IMG/VR virus record: IMGVR_UViG_3300037088_000232
Direction: 5' to 3' (one strand)
From: a virus
DNA length: 64,000 nucleotides
Each line of letters starts with the position of its first letter. The first letter of the stretch is position 1. Shown here one piece after another: positions 47,324 through 57,654 of the stretch. Under the pieces are notes generated by a model. The model was not told the DNA's origin. It saw nothing but the letters and a program-made list of their open reading frames with translations, and searched no databases. The position numbers and the translations under genes are program-made.

Positions 47324-48541
47324 TTACAAAATGATATTATCCCATTGAGACGGATCAGTCTTTTTTGTTTTTTTCTTAGTAATATCTTCCAAATAAATCA
47401 TATCAAATCTATCTCTTGAAAAATAATTTTCCAGATTCAAATCAAAATAAATATTTGGATTATTCAGTAAAATAACTAATTGATTCATATCTTTTATGTT
47501 ATTGAGGGTATTGAGATAAACATAATCCCCCTTAGCTAAATCATCAATAAGTTTTCGCCACAGAAAGACGGATTTTCCCTGTTCTAACATTTTCTTAGCT
47601 TTTCGTAATCCCGGTTCATCATTATCAAAAACAAATCGAAGTTCCAGATTGTCATTCTGAATAAGATCTATATTTGTATCCAATCCAATTAACGATATAG
47701 AATTAGGAAAAAAAACACTATCCAAATAACCCTCGAAGGCGTTTATTGGTTGATTAAAATCAACATTCAATATATTGAATAAATGGGATAGTTTATTATA
47801 TGATATTGATTCCAGTTCATCCAAGGAATCAGTCGTGTTCTTATAGTTATACAAATATTCAAACTCATATTCCTTATAAATTCTTTTAGTTTTATCGTCT
47901 TTCAAATTTCTTAATTGAAAACCAAGTAACTTGTTTCCTCTTCGGTTTAATATAATAATGACAGACTCAGCCCATCGATTAGTAATGTGGTAGATTCCTT
48001 GAAGAATATTACTATAATTCTGAATTTTTCTTTTTTTCAAATAATCAAAAGCAAATGAACCTTTTTTTATTGGTGATATATTAGTAAGAAAACACCCCTT
48101 ACGAGAATTTAAAAAATCCATGTATTCTTTAGCATCTAATAATCTGTCTAAGTTTTCAACAGCGAAATCTTCTTTCGAAGTAAAGGAAATATTTTGACTT
48201 ATGTAATCATAAATTTGAAGTTTTTTTTCTGGATCTAATTTAATACCAAAATGATCACACCATTTAGTAAAAAACATACTACACGATTGTTCATTATAGC
48301 ACTTCACATACATATTTTTTAAATATAAATGTGAACGCTTGGCATTCATTTTATCATGACTATCTCCACATACTGCACAGGCCATTGAAATTTCCTTGGG
48401 CGTTTGTTCATTGGGTCTTATTTTTAACATTTTTTTTTGAGAATTAGAATGAACTTTATCTAAGACACTTTGAACAATATTTACAATGTAGTTAATGTCT
48501 AATTCTTTTTTATTGGTGTTTTCAAATAATTCATCAGCCAT
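47324..48541 (-). CDS. DNA primase, T4 gp61-like (zinc ribbon + TOPRIM)
   Basis: ISMACAVCGDSHDKMNAKRSHLY..VKCYNEQSC (compare T4 RCPVCGDSKTDQNKARGWYY..HCYNCNY); TOPRIM AFEGYLD and RFVFDNDEPGLRKAKKMLEQGKSVFLWR. Confidence 0.8.
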   Translation of the reverse strand: MADELFENTNKKELDINYIVNIVQSVLDKVHSNSQKKMLKIRPNEQTPKEISMACAVCGDSHDKMNAKRSHLYLKNMYVKCYNEQSCSMFFTKWCDHFGIKLDPEKKLQIYDYISQNISFTSKEDFAVENLDRLLDAKEYMDFLNSRKGCFLTNISPIKKGSFAFDYLKKRKIQNYSNILQGIYHITNRWAESVIIILNRRGNKLLGFQLRNLKDDKTKRIYKEYEFEYLYNYKNTTDSLDELESISYNKLSHLFNILNVDFNQPINAFEGYLDSVFFPNSISLIGLDTNIDLIQNDNLELRFVFDNDEPGLRKAKKMLEQGKSVFLWRKLIDDLAKGDYVYLNTLNNIKDMNQLVILLNNPNIYFDLNLENYFSRDRFDMIYLEDITKKKTKKTDPSQWDNIIL

Positions 48542-49593
48542 TGTAATCTTTCTTCTATATTTTCTTTATAATTTATTCTCAATAAGAATATACCATTTTT
48601 TTCACAAAATGTTGTTTTTATTTGGTCAGTTATCTTTGTTATTTCAAATCTATCTTTCCCACCGAAATGATCTATTGGTGTAAAATGTTGTTCCCCATCA
48701 TATTCAATACAAATATTATAGTCAAATAGGAAAAAATCAAATTTTAAATATTTTTGAAATATACATTTATTAAATTTTTTCTGTATTTCAAATTTAATAT
48801 CATTATCTGACAAAAATTTATTTATAGTTTTTTCACCGTTACTCAATTTACATTTTGGACATCCACGGCCTTGTATGTGATTATTTGGTACTTGCTTAAA
48901 ATCACCATGTTTAAGGCATATTATAATTACCTTCTCGTTTGCTCTAATATAATTTACTTTTGAATAATCATAAAGATTACCGTGAATATCTTTTGATTTT
49001 TTGATAAAATCATCAGTTGTTACAATATTACAAAATGGACATCCAGAACCACTTAAATGATGTTTGGGATCTTGTAAAAATTCTCCGTGTTTCGGACAAA
49101 TTATTTTTACCTTTTTTTTGTTATTGATAAAAATCGTTTGAGAATAATCATAAAAATTATTATGTACTTTTTTAGCAATTTCTATATATTGTTCGGTGGT
49201 TTTTCTACCCATTTTACTACAAAACGGACATCCATGACCTTTCATATGATGTTCTGGTATTTGTTTAAATTCTCCATGTTCTTTGCATAATATATTTACC
49301 TTTGTATCCAAATTGATATAATTCACTTTTGAATAATCATAAATATCTCCATGAACTTTAATGGATCTTTCAATAAATTCTTCGATTGTTAGTTTTTTAT
49401 TATTTGAACATTTAGAACATCCACGACCTTCTATATGTCCTGATGATAATTGTTCGAACTCTCCATGTTTCTTACAAATTATTTTAACTTTAGAATAACT
49501 ATTTTTATAAACAGTTTTAGAATAATCATATTTATCACCGTGAGCCAATTTACATCTTTCAATAAATTCTTCTTGGGTTAAACTTTTTCCCAT
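48499..49593 (-). CDS. homing-endonuclease-like protein: 4-5 tandem Zn-finger-like repeats + C-terminal Vsr/DUF559-type nuclease motif
   Basis: Repeats YDYSKV.Y.....KV.IIC.KHGEF.Q.P..H..G.GCP.C; C-terminal FDFFLFDYNICIEYDGEQHF; 43-nt overlap with primase 5' end. Confidence 0.5.
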   Translation of the reverse strand: MGKSLTQEEFIERCKLAHGDKYDYSKTVYKNSYSKVKIICKKHGEFEQLSSGHIEGRGCSKCSNNKKLTIEEFIERSIKVHGDIYDYSKVNYINLDTKVNILCKEHGEFKQIPEHHMKGHGCPFCSKMGRKTTEQYIEIAKKVHNNFYDYSQTIFINNKKKVKIICPKHGEFLQDPKHHLSGSGCPFCNIVTTDDFIKKSKDIHGNLYDYSKVNYIRANEKVIIICLKHGDFKQVPNNHIQGRGCPKCKLSNGEKTINKFLSDNDIKFEIQKKFNKCIFQKYLKFDFFLFDYNICIEYDGEQHFTPIDHFGGKDRFEITKITDQIKTTFCEKNGIFLLRINYKENIEERLQWLMNYLKTPIKKN

Positions 49594-49889
49594 TTCACAA
49601 AATTATATTTTTTACATCCATATCAACTTCTTTAAAATGGTTGAGAAGTAACCATTCAATAAGTTTAGAATGATTTCTGATATGTTGTTCATTTAAAATA
49701 TTCACAATATCGGGATTGATTGTGAATGTCGTTCTTATTTTTTTATTTTCTTGTTTCATAATGATTGTTTATTCTTATATATAAATATTTAAAAGTCAAA
49801 AGTCGTTATTTTTGAATTATTTTTACATTATTTTATAAATAAAACAAATTTTATAATATTTAGTATAAAGCTAAAAACAAAATTTATTT

Positions 49890-50072
49890 ATGAGACATAA
49901 ATTACAAGATGAAGATAAAAGAAAGGGATTGTGTGTTACAATCAATCCAAAATTGTATGATTTATTAAATAAAGAATCAGAAGATAATGGAGTTAATAAA
50001 TCGAAGATAGTGGAAAATCTTATAAGGAAATATTTGAATGAAAAAGGTATAAATACTAACGAAATAATTTGA
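49890..50072 (+). CDS. small putative DNA-binding protein (ribbon-helix-helix-like)
   Basis: 60 aa, KSKIVENLIRKYL. Confidence 0.25.
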   Translation: MRHKLQDEDKRKGLCVTINPKLYDLLNKESEDNGVNKSKIVENLIRKYLNEKGINTNEII

Positions 50073-50118
50073 ACCATTATTAGGTAATATATAATTAAAA
50101 AAATAATAAATAACAATT

Positions 50119-50604
50119 ATGGATATTTACACAAAATGGAGTCCTATTATGGACGCTCTAAAAGTAACAGACGAAAAAGTTAGAAAAATTATGGCTGAAT
50201 ACGCTGAATTTCATCTTAAACATGAAATTGAAAATTTAATAGTAACAAAACTTGGTGAGGATGATATTGCTCAAAACTTATTACCAGTTTCTTTAAAAAT
50301 TCTATCTCAATTAAATATAAAGGATAAAAATGTTATATTGAAAGAAGGATTACCAACTTTAAGTTTCGATGTTGAGGTTGATAGTGCTCAAATAACAGCA
50401 ATTAAAGAATCTTCTTTGGATAGTTCAACCATCGTTCAACAGTTAGAAAGGATATTAGTTGATAAATTAGTTGACTATATAAACAAAGAATTAGAAACTA
50501 AAAATAATTTGTATCTTACAACCATCGCTCAATCAATAAGTATCATTTCAACAGAGGAATGGACACCAAGGATGTATTTACATTCTCGTATACATATTGA
50601 CTAA
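50119..50604 (+). CDS. hypothetical protein
   Basis: 161-aa ORF. Confidence 0.4.
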   Translation: MDIYTKWSPIMDALKVTDEKVRKIMAEYAEFHLKHEIENLIVTKLGEDDIAQNLLPVSLKILSQLNIKDKNVILKEGLPTLSFDVEVDSAQITAIKESSLDSSTIVQQLERILVDKLVDYINKELETKNNLYLTTIAQSISIISTEEWTPRMYLHSRIHID

Positions 50605-50945
50605 AAAATAATCAAAAATCTTATGACAAAGGATGAAATGGAAAAAGAAATAGAAAAATTAAAATCAGAAGGAATATTATCTGATGCTCCTCCGATTCAT
50701 AATGAAACACCTGACAACTGAGGAATATATTAGATTCACAAATGAAGAAATTCAGAATATGATCGGGGATTCAAATTTAATTAATTGGACATATATTTTG
50801 AACAAATCAGAAAAATTAAAAAAATGAAAACACTCGTATTCATGTTGAATAATTAATATATACAAATAAAAAGTATTGATAATATGAAATTCACAGATAA
50901 AATGAGTCAAGAATGTACTGAAACATTAAAAAATAAAATAACAAT

Positions 50946-51215
50946 ATGATAACGAAAGAAGAATCAATTAAAAAAACTAACGAATTTATTTATTTGATAG
51001 AAACGGCTAATATGGACCAATCCCAATTTTTGAAAAACATGATTGAAGATATTGAAACTTGTAAAAAAGATTTCGTAGATTATGATGAATCTATGATAGG
51101 TGGGAATGAAGAAAATTTATTAGGGGTAATGGATATGGGTAGTAGATTAGAATATTTATTTTGCGAAAAATATAATGTATTTACTAAATCTGTTCCTAAA
51201 AATAAACACAAATAA
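50946..51215 (+). CDS. hypothetical protein
   Basis: 89-aa ORF. Confidence 0.35.
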   Translation: MITKEESIKKTNEFIYLIETANMDQSQFLKNMIEDIETCKKDFVDYDESMIGGNEENLLGVMDMGSRLEYLFCEKYNVFTKSVPKNKHK

Positions 51216-51216
51216 A

Positions 51217-51408
51217 ATGGAAGAAGAATATGAAATAATTAAAGATTCCGCTTTATCGGAAAAAGAGATAGAAGAATTAAGAGAAGTCTTTAAACGAGAA
51301 TATGCTAAAAAGAAAGGGTGGGACCCCAATAATCTAAGCCTCGAACAACTCAATGAAATATGTTCAGACGGTAGGTGGCAGACAGGTAATTTTTTAATAA
51401 AATCTTAA
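51217..51408 (+). CDS. hypothetical small protein (start at internal Met directly after upstream stop)
   Basis: MEEEYEIIKD...; listed ORF 51175-51408 would overlap by 41 nt. Confidence 0.3.
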   Translation: MEEEYEIIKDSALSEKEIEELREVFKREYAKKKGWDPNNLSLEQLNEICSDGRWQTGNFLIKS

Positions 51409-51455
51409 ACTTATTCCCTTTCTTTTTCTATAATAATTGAAGGGAAAACACAATT

Positions 51456-51779
51456 ATGGATATATTAGAAGATATACTCGATGAAAACAAAAAAGATAAA
51501 GAATTAAAGCACGGTTTGGATTTTAAATCCAAGTTCAAAGTCATAGACACAAGGCAGGGATTTCATGTAAATTTCAATTATTTATTTAAAAGAGGATTAA
51601 CCCCAGAGGAAATTATATTCCTTGAAACTGTCTTTTTCAAAAATACTATTAATGTTAGTGATGTATCTGGTCTGGAATTGAGTGATTTCAACATGAATCG
51701 TCAATATACCGCTGTATTTACATTGTATTATTATGATGATGATACTTTTGATTTCTTCTTGCACCATACGGTGAAATAA
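51456..51779 (+). CDS. hypothetical protein
   Basis: 107-aa ORF. Confidence 0.35.
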   Translation: MDILEDILDENKKDKELKHGLDFKSKFKVIDTRQGFHVNFNYLFKRGLTPEEIIFLETVFFKNTINVSDVSGLELSDFNMNRQYTAVFTLYYYDDDTFDFFLHHTVK

Positions 51780-51794
51780 AATAATAATTAGATA

Positions 51795-52247
51795 ATGCTA
51801 AATAATGTCTTAGAAAATTGGGATAAAAAATTTTTAGATCTCGCCTCTTTTATAAAAAAATGGAGTAAGGATAAATCGACACAGACATCGGCTGTCATTA
51901 TAGATCCTGAGAGTAATGCAATTCTGTCAATCGGATATAATGGATTTCCTCGTGGTGTTGATGATTCAATTAACGAAAGATACGAAAGATCGGTAAAATA
52001 TAAGTACACCGAACACGCTGAAAGGAACTCTATTTATAATGCGGCTCGTAATGGAATAAAACTACGAGGTTCTGTTATGTATATTGAATGGTATCCTTGT
52101 TGCGATTGTGCAAGAGCAATTATTCAATCTGGTGTTTCAACTATCTTTTGTAGTAAGCCTAATTTCGAAGATGAAAGATGGGGTGAAGATTTCAAAATAA
52201 CTCAGGTTCTTTTTGAAGAAAGTGGAGTTCAAGTAAATTATATTTGA
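51795..52247 (+). CDS. dCMP deaminase (cytidine/deoxycytidylate deaminase fold)
   Basis: Zinc motifs YTEHAERN and PCCDCARAI (H-A-E / PC-x-x-C). Confidence 0.75.
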   Translation: MLNNVLENWDKKFLDLASFIKKWSKDKSTQTSAVIIDPESNAILSIGYNGFPRGVDDSINERYERSVKYKYTEHAERNSIYNAARNGIKLRGSVMYIEWYPCCDCARAIIQSGVSTIFCSKPNFEDERWGEDFKITQVLFEESGVQVNYI

Positions 52248-52302
52248 CAGGTTGAAAATTGATTTTTTTATTTTAATATATAAAAAGAAAAACCAATTAG
52301 TC

Positions 52303-52887
52303 ATGAACAAGTTCATTATGAATTTTGATTCCTTCATTAAAGAAAATAAAAAAACAACTATAGCCGAATTACCAGAAGAAGTGACCAAAAGTGCAAAGAC
52401 CATAGTAGATGGTAATTTTGATCATGCTTTAAAGAAAACTTTTGATGGTGATATGATAAGATTTAAAGTTAATCCCGAAGATTTTAATTATGTTGATCCT
52501 CAACAACATCTTGAACTGGAATTGGGAGAAGGTCCATCAAAGAAAAGAAAATTCGATGTTACTCTAATATTTGTTCAGGCAATTGAAGCTACCGAAAGAG
52601 AAAAAGAAAAAAGTAAAGATTCATCAGGTCATTCTAAAGTCGGTGGAGAACTTATTTACAAAATAGAATTTAAACCAAAGGAATTATCTGATGATGAAAA
52701 TACAGAACATGAACAGGAAGAAGAAGATGATGTTTGGAATAAACCAGATCCAGATGATGAAGATTTAATTCCAGAAGAACCAGAAGAAGAGGGAAAACCC
52801 GTATCATCTGGTAGAAAGAAAGTTCATATTGAAGATTTAAATACTTTTTTCCAAACGAGTGATGGTGACGATGATTCTGAACTTTGA
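52303..52887 (+). CDS. CTS-tagged, highly acidic protein (D/E-rich C-terminal half)
   Basis: MNKFIMNFDSFIKEN; EHEQEEEDDVWNKPDPDDEDLIPEEPEEEG. Confidence 0.45.
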   Translation: MNKFIMNFDSFIKENKKTTIAELPEEVTKSAKTIVDGNFDHALKKTFDGDMIRFKVNPEDFNYVDPQQHLELELGEGPSKKRKFDVTLIFVQAIEATEREKEKSKDSSGHSKVGGELIYKIEFKPKELSDDENTEHEQEEEDDVWNKPDPDDEDLIPEEPEEEGKPVSSGRKKVHIEDLNTFFQTSDGDDDSEL

Positions 52888-53284
52888 TGATTATTTAAGT
52901 ATAAATGAGAATTCTGAGAAGATAATCGTTGGTTATCATGTAGCTCCATCGAAATTAGATTCCAAAATTTTAAAAGAGGGTATTAAAAAGATACCAAAAG
53001 AAAGATATTCCAGACTTGGTAAAAAAGAAATGTCACCAATAAGAAATTATTTTTGGTTGGATTTGAAATATGCTGAATGGTTTAAAGAATTCAATGAAGA
53101 AGATGGATATAATCCACAAGAGATGACAATATGGAAAGTCGATTTATCAGGTTATGATTTAATTAAGGATGAAGAAGCAAGTGATATGAGTGAATGGAGT
53201 TCTCAATTTTCAAAAGGTGAAGATGGTAAAGCTGTTTATGTAGAAAGAAACATACCACCAGATAGAATTATAGATGAAGTTTAA
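52859..53284 (+). CDS. CTS-like small protein, ART-fold-like (H variant) weak
   Basis: MILNFDDYLSINE; IVGYHVAP ... QEMTIWKV. Confidence 0.3.
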   Translation: MMVTMILNFDDYLSINENSEKIIVGYHVAPSKLDSKILKEGIKKIPKERYSRLGKKEMSPIRNYFWLDLKYAEWFKEFNEEDGYNPQEMTIWKVDLSGYDLIKDEEASDMSEWSSQFSKGEDGKAVYVERNIPPDRIIDEV

Positions 53285-53288
53285 TTGA

Positions 53289-55268
53289 TTATTTAAGTTT
53301 TGAAAAACGACCCAGAGTGGTTTGTTTCTTTCCCTGATATTCCTCATGTCTCTTAATTTCAGCTGTAGCTGATACCACATCACCTACTAAAATATCATTA
53401 ATAATGAGATTCCCCTGTTCGTCTTTTTGTCTACCTTGTTCAGTAGGTTTTACAATGAACTGAGAACCAATAGTACCAAACTTAGTATAAATATTTCCTA
53501 TCTGGTCTTTTAATTTATATACATTTGACCAATTCCATTCTGTTTGGTATCCACTGATATGAACCACTTCAAGATTTTCAAGTCTTGATTTTTCTCCAAC
53601 TGTACCAACATATTCTGATTCTTTCTTACCACCAGAGAGAGCTTCTTCAGCTTCTCTTCTTTTCCTATCTTCCTGAGAGAGTTTACCGAAGTACCAAGAA
53701 CAAGCACCTGTAATGTAATACAGGAGATGTTTCTGAACGGCACCGGCCTTAATCATGTTACTGGCGTTAAAGATGAAGTTATTATCACGATTGGCGTGAA
53801 TGAAATCAATAACCCATTGTAATTCTTCATCGGATGTGGTTTCTAATCTCTCATTGTATATTGTGACAAAATCAGACCATCTATTAAAATCTTCTTGATA
53901 TTCTGATGAACTTTTACCATGATAATTTCTTCTGTCAGGGGGGTTATGAGCGTAATCAACATCATCTTGTACTCTACCTGATGTTGATTTAACTTCTTTT
54001 TTATTATAATATTCTTCTTTTGGATGATCAGGGTCAGCGAGATAATCTTGGTCTCTTTTTTGATTAATCTTCTCAGCTGTTGCTTTGGACATATATCCAT
54101 TCTTTTTGTAGAACCAATAGAAATACTTGATTACCTCATTAGTTGAGATCTCCACATCAAATTTTGGACCCCAACCACCACTAAATCCTTCATCCCAATC
54201 ATCACCACCACCATCGAAATCACCGTAACTTTCATCAAGGAATGAAATATCGGTTAAATAGGATAATACCTTTTCATAATCATATCCCAAATAGTTACGA
54301 ATACATGAACCCCCAACCCTGAGGATCTCACCTGTCTTTATTTTCTGAACAAAAACAGTCTTGTTTCTGTATATGGTTCTTTTACAATGATCACAATATG
54401 AATGACCTATCATCTGGTCAGGAACTAAACTAATTGGAACTTGTTGACCCGGAGCATTTTTCAAAAGTCCGTCTTTGTGATCAATAGTACCCAAAATTAA
54501 CCATTCATCCTCAGGTTTAAGGACGGTAGCCATTTTCAGGTCATATACTTCAACTTCTTTGGATACTACTCTCCAAGGTTCAAACAATTTATTATCTTCA
54601 TCATCATTCCAAACTTCCATTCCCAATTTTGACTTTTTTTGTTTTTCAATAGAATCTTTATTGAGAAAATTACATCTATCGGTGGCTTCGTTTATATCTG
54701 TATAAACAATCACCACCCTATCTGTTTCTTCTGGTTTTTCTTTCTTTGAAACGGTTTTCCTGTCGTATGATAATCCTCTTTCACTTGGATGACAACAGGC
54801 GAAATATTTTTTCTTTTCAATAAGAGTAAGTGTGGGTTCGGGGACTTTAATAAACTTGGATACTTTCGCTATTCTTCTGAATATTTTTTCAAATGTTTTT
54901 TTCTTATCGTCACTACTTTTGTGTGTATCACTACCAACAGGAATCTCAATCCTCTTTGTTTCTACGGTATAGAATAATTTTATATCTTTACCCTGATTGT
55001 CATCAACTGGATTTTCAGAATCAAGAATTTCTTGAGTAGAAAAGGTCACGAATGCATTAGTCTTTTCGCTTACACATCCCCAATGGTCAGGAATTCCTTT
55101 ACTCTTTACAACCCACCATCCATTCTGATGATAGAATCGAGTACCTATTCCGACTTCTTGATTTTGGGCTTCTTCTTTGAGAAATGTAGGGTAATCACTC
55201 ACGATTCTATCTGACTTTTCCATGTTGGTAGGGATTTGAACTACAAAAATACTATATTTCTCTAACAT
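53289..55268 (-). CDS. large hypothetical protein
   Basis: 659 aa, G/D-rich segment GGGDDWDEGFSGGWGPKFD; no recognised motifs. Confidence 0.45.
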   Translation of the reverse strand: MLEKYSIFVVQIPTNMEKSDRIVSDYPTFLKEEAQNQEVGIGTRFYHQNGWWVVKSKGIPDHWGCVSEKTNAFVTFSTQEILDSENPVDDNQGKDIKLFYTVETKRIEIPVGSDTHKSSDDKKKTFEKIFRRIAKVSKFIKVPEPTLTLIEKKKYFACCHPSERGLSYDRKTVSKKEKPEETDRVVIVYTDINEATDRCNFLNKDSIEKQKKSKLGMEVWNDDEDNKLFEPWRVVSKEVEVYDLKMATVLKPEDEWLILGTIDHKDGLLKNAPGQQVPISLVPDQMIGHSYCDHCKRTIYRNKTVFVQKIKTGEILRVGGSCIRNYLGYDYEKVLSYLTDISFLDESYGDFDGGGDDWDEGFSGGWGPKFDVEISTNEVIKYFYWFYKKNGYMSKATAEKINQKRDQDYLADPDHPKEEYYNKKEVKSTSGRVQDDVDYAHNPPDRRNYHGKSSSEYQEDFNRWSDFVTIYNERLETTSDEELQWVIDFIHANRDNNFIFNASNMIKAGAVQKHLLYYITGACSWYFGKLSQEDRKRREAEEALSGGKKESEYVGTVGEKSRLENLEVVHISGYQTEWNWSNVYKLKDQIGNIYTKFGTIGSQFIVKPTEQGRQKDEQGNLIINDILVGDVVSATAEIKRHEEYQGKKQTTLGRFSKLK

Positions 55269-55275
55269 AAAAAAA

Positions 55276-55812
55276 TTATTTGGCTTTATTTTTTACCAAA
55301 GAAACTAAATTTTCCAAAGAATCAGATATATCACTTTTCTCACCGTCAGTAGTTTTTTTCCAATCAACTTCACGAATAGTTTTTGTTATATTTCTGATTT
55401 GTTCTCTTATGAATTGGAGTTTCCTATATGTCTGAGTATCAGATTCATTTAATAAATTCTCTTTCATTTCTGGTAATTTATCTGGTAAATCGTATTGAAT
55501 AATAAGAATTTTACGTTTTTCATCAGCAAGATCTGATTTTATTTCATATGAATAATCCCAATCTACTATTAACATGAGTGCATTCTTTTCAGTAATTGGA
55601 ATCAAATTACTTTTTTTATATGGTTTAACAGAATAACCTTTAAGAAGTGCGGCATATTCACCACTACAATAATCTAATGGAATACTAATTTCTTGTTTTG
55701 TTTTATTATTGAAAATGATATAAAAAGCTTTGCATTTGGATATTTCCAACAATTTGTCAACATCTTTAACAAGATCTAATTTTTCATTAAATTTTTTGAA
55801 TCTTATAATCAT
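55276..55812 (-). CDS. hypothetical protein (weak CTS-like N-term MIIRFKKFNE)
   Basis: 178 aa. Confidence 0.4.
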   Translation of the reverse strand: MIIRFKKFNEKLDLVKDVDKLLEISKCKAFYIIFNNKTKQEISIPLDYCSGEYAALLKGYSVKPYKKSNLIPITEKNALMLIVDWDYSYEIKSDLADEKRKILIIQYDLPDKLPEMKENLLNESDTQTYRKLQFIREQIRNITKTIREVDWKKTTDGEKSDISDSLENLVSLVKNKAK

Positions 55813-56552
55813 ACATATTTCAATTTATTTAAACCGTAATAGTAATCAACAACTCTTGCTTTGATTACACCCATTGTTTGAGCATTCCAAGATGTAGTTG
55901 CATGTGGTCTTTCCAATAAGGCTGTTAACCATATTATATCACCTCTTTTAACAGATTTTACTTTTAATTCGGTAGAAAAAACAGGTCCACCACTAACAGA
56001 TTCAAGTTTCTTAATCTTTTCTGGATCAGTTATGATTCCAGTGACTTGTAAAATTTTTACTGGTTCTTTAACTTTTTCAATTTCACCATCTTCGAGTTCT
56101 TGAAATACCATGATATCATCGGATAAGGGATCAAATTCCTTGGTCTTGTCGAATTTCTTTATTTTATCCTCTTTAAAATCAGCAAATTTTGTTGTTATAT
56201 TATTATCTTTATCTTCTTCTACCGCTTTATCAAGAGCTAATAAATTTTTATATACTTTTCTTCTCATTCTCTTTTTCTTTTCTTCTTCTATTGGTGTTTC
56301 TTTCTTTTTTCTCCTTCTTCTTTGATTAAAATAATCACTCTTAACATCCTTTATTTCTTCTGTTCCTAATACCTTTTTATCTCCGTTCCAATCACCGATA
56401 CTACTAATACTGGTAATACTTCCACTACTATATTTACCACTTGCTATAATAGGTTGTTGACGGTCATCCGCGTGTATACCCCCACTACCACAACCAACAA
56501 CATCACGATAATCTTCATTTATAAATTCATTGTATGTCAGGATATTCTTCAT
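55809..56552 (-). CDS. CTS-tagged hypothetical protein
   Basis: MKNILTYNEFINE; 247 aa; K/E-rich middle. Confidence 0.45.
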   Translation of the reverse strand: MKNILTYNEFINEDYRDVVGCGSGGIHADDRQQPIIASGKYSSGSITSISSIGDWNGDKKVLGTEEIKDVKSDYFNQRRRRKKKETPIEEEKKKRMRRKVYKNLLALDKAVEEDKDNNITTKFADFKEDKIKKFDKTKEFDPLSDDIMVFQELEDGEIEKVKEPVKILQVTGIITDPEKIKKLESVSGGPVFSTELKVKSVKRGDIIWLTALLERPHATTSWNAQTMGVIKARVVDYYYGLNKLKYV

Positions 56553-57017
56553 TTATTTCCTTATCTTATTTATTTCTTCAACTTTCATTACCTTCTCACC
56601 AACACCAGAATCGATACAACTTTGAATTTCACTTTGTAATTGTTTTATATTGGAGAAACCTTTTACACTTGATGGTAAAGATTTCTTCATCATCATATTA
56701 CTCAAAGCATTACCCATACCAGAACTTTGCCATCCAGAGAAAAATGAATATCCAATTGAATCATCTGACCTCTGATTAACAGCCAAAGTGTGTTTATTAT
56801 GATAAATATCTTCTGTTCTAAATTTAAGCAAAAGTATACTTTCTTTAGTTTTAGAATCTAATTTTTCAATGGCAGCGTCTTTCATGAAATCTAAAACTTC
56901 ATCTGGAATGGTACTATTGTTTTTTCTTATCCAAATATATGCATCCATAATTTCTTTTCTGAAAGAATCAACTGGAGTTGCATTTTCATTCAATTCAAAT
57001 TCTTTAATGTGTTTCAT
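56553..57017 (-). CDS. CTS-like hypothetical protein
   Basis: MKHIKEFELNEN; 154 aa. Confidence 0.4.
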   Translation of the reverse strand: MKHIKEFELNENATPVDSFRKEIMDAYIWIRKNNSTIPDEVLDFMKDAAIEKLDSKTKESILLLKFRTEDIYHNKHTLAVNQRSDDSIGYSFFSGWQSSGMGNALSNMMMKKSLPSSVKGFSNIKQLQSEIQSCIDSGVGEKVMKVEEINKIRK

Positions 57018-57033
57018 ATATTGATTTTATTTT

Positions 57034-57654
57034 TTATTTACCCTTGTATATATTAATTATTTTTATCTGGTTATCATTAAAAACTATCCAATCCCATCTT
57101 TCATCTGATGACCATTCTATTTCATTCAAATAATGTATGGAATCATAACCCTGTTCAATTAAATATTGTTTGTAATCAAGTGTTAATTTCTTTTTATCAA
57201 ATGTGTTATCTTCTAATAGAAAATGATTCAATGAAATTATTTTATTTTCTCTATCGAATGGTGTTATATTACTATATGTTCTATATAATAAGTAATTCTT
57301 TTCAATGAATTCCTTGTCAACATAGTCATTTTCACCTCCCCATTTCAGCATATCCCTCACTAATTGACTTTCTCTCTTTTTTAAAATCTTGTTAACCTTG
57401 ATTTCAACTTCATAAACAACATAATTGGGTGGTTTTGAGAATAATCTTTCGGCCATTTTTTTATCGGGGGTGAAGTGAATTCCAAGAAAATCCATTAAAT
57501 GTACAACATTTCGGCTACTTCCTAATTTTTCATTTGAAAATTTATCGAATACTATTCCACTTCCATGATATAATGGACCAACTATATTGTTTTTTTTTTC
57601 AAATATGTAAAATTTCGTTACCATTTTATTTCCAATCTTGGTTTTAAATCCCAC
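57034..57654 (-). CDS. ART-fold-like protein, H-G-S paralog A
   Basis: GPLYHGSG ... VVHLMDFLGIHFT ... YVVYEVEIKV. Confidence 0.4.
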   Translation of the reverse strand: MGFKTKIGNKMVTKFYIFEKKNNIVGPLYHGSGIVFDKFSNEKLGSSRNVVHLMDFLGIHFTPDKKMAERLFSKPPNYVVYEVEIKVNKILKKRESQLVRDMLKWGGENDYVDKEFIEKNYLLYRTYSNITPFDRENKIISLNHFLLEDNTFDKKKLTLDYKQYLIEQGYDSIHYLNEIEWSSDERWDWIVFNDNQIKIINIYKGK

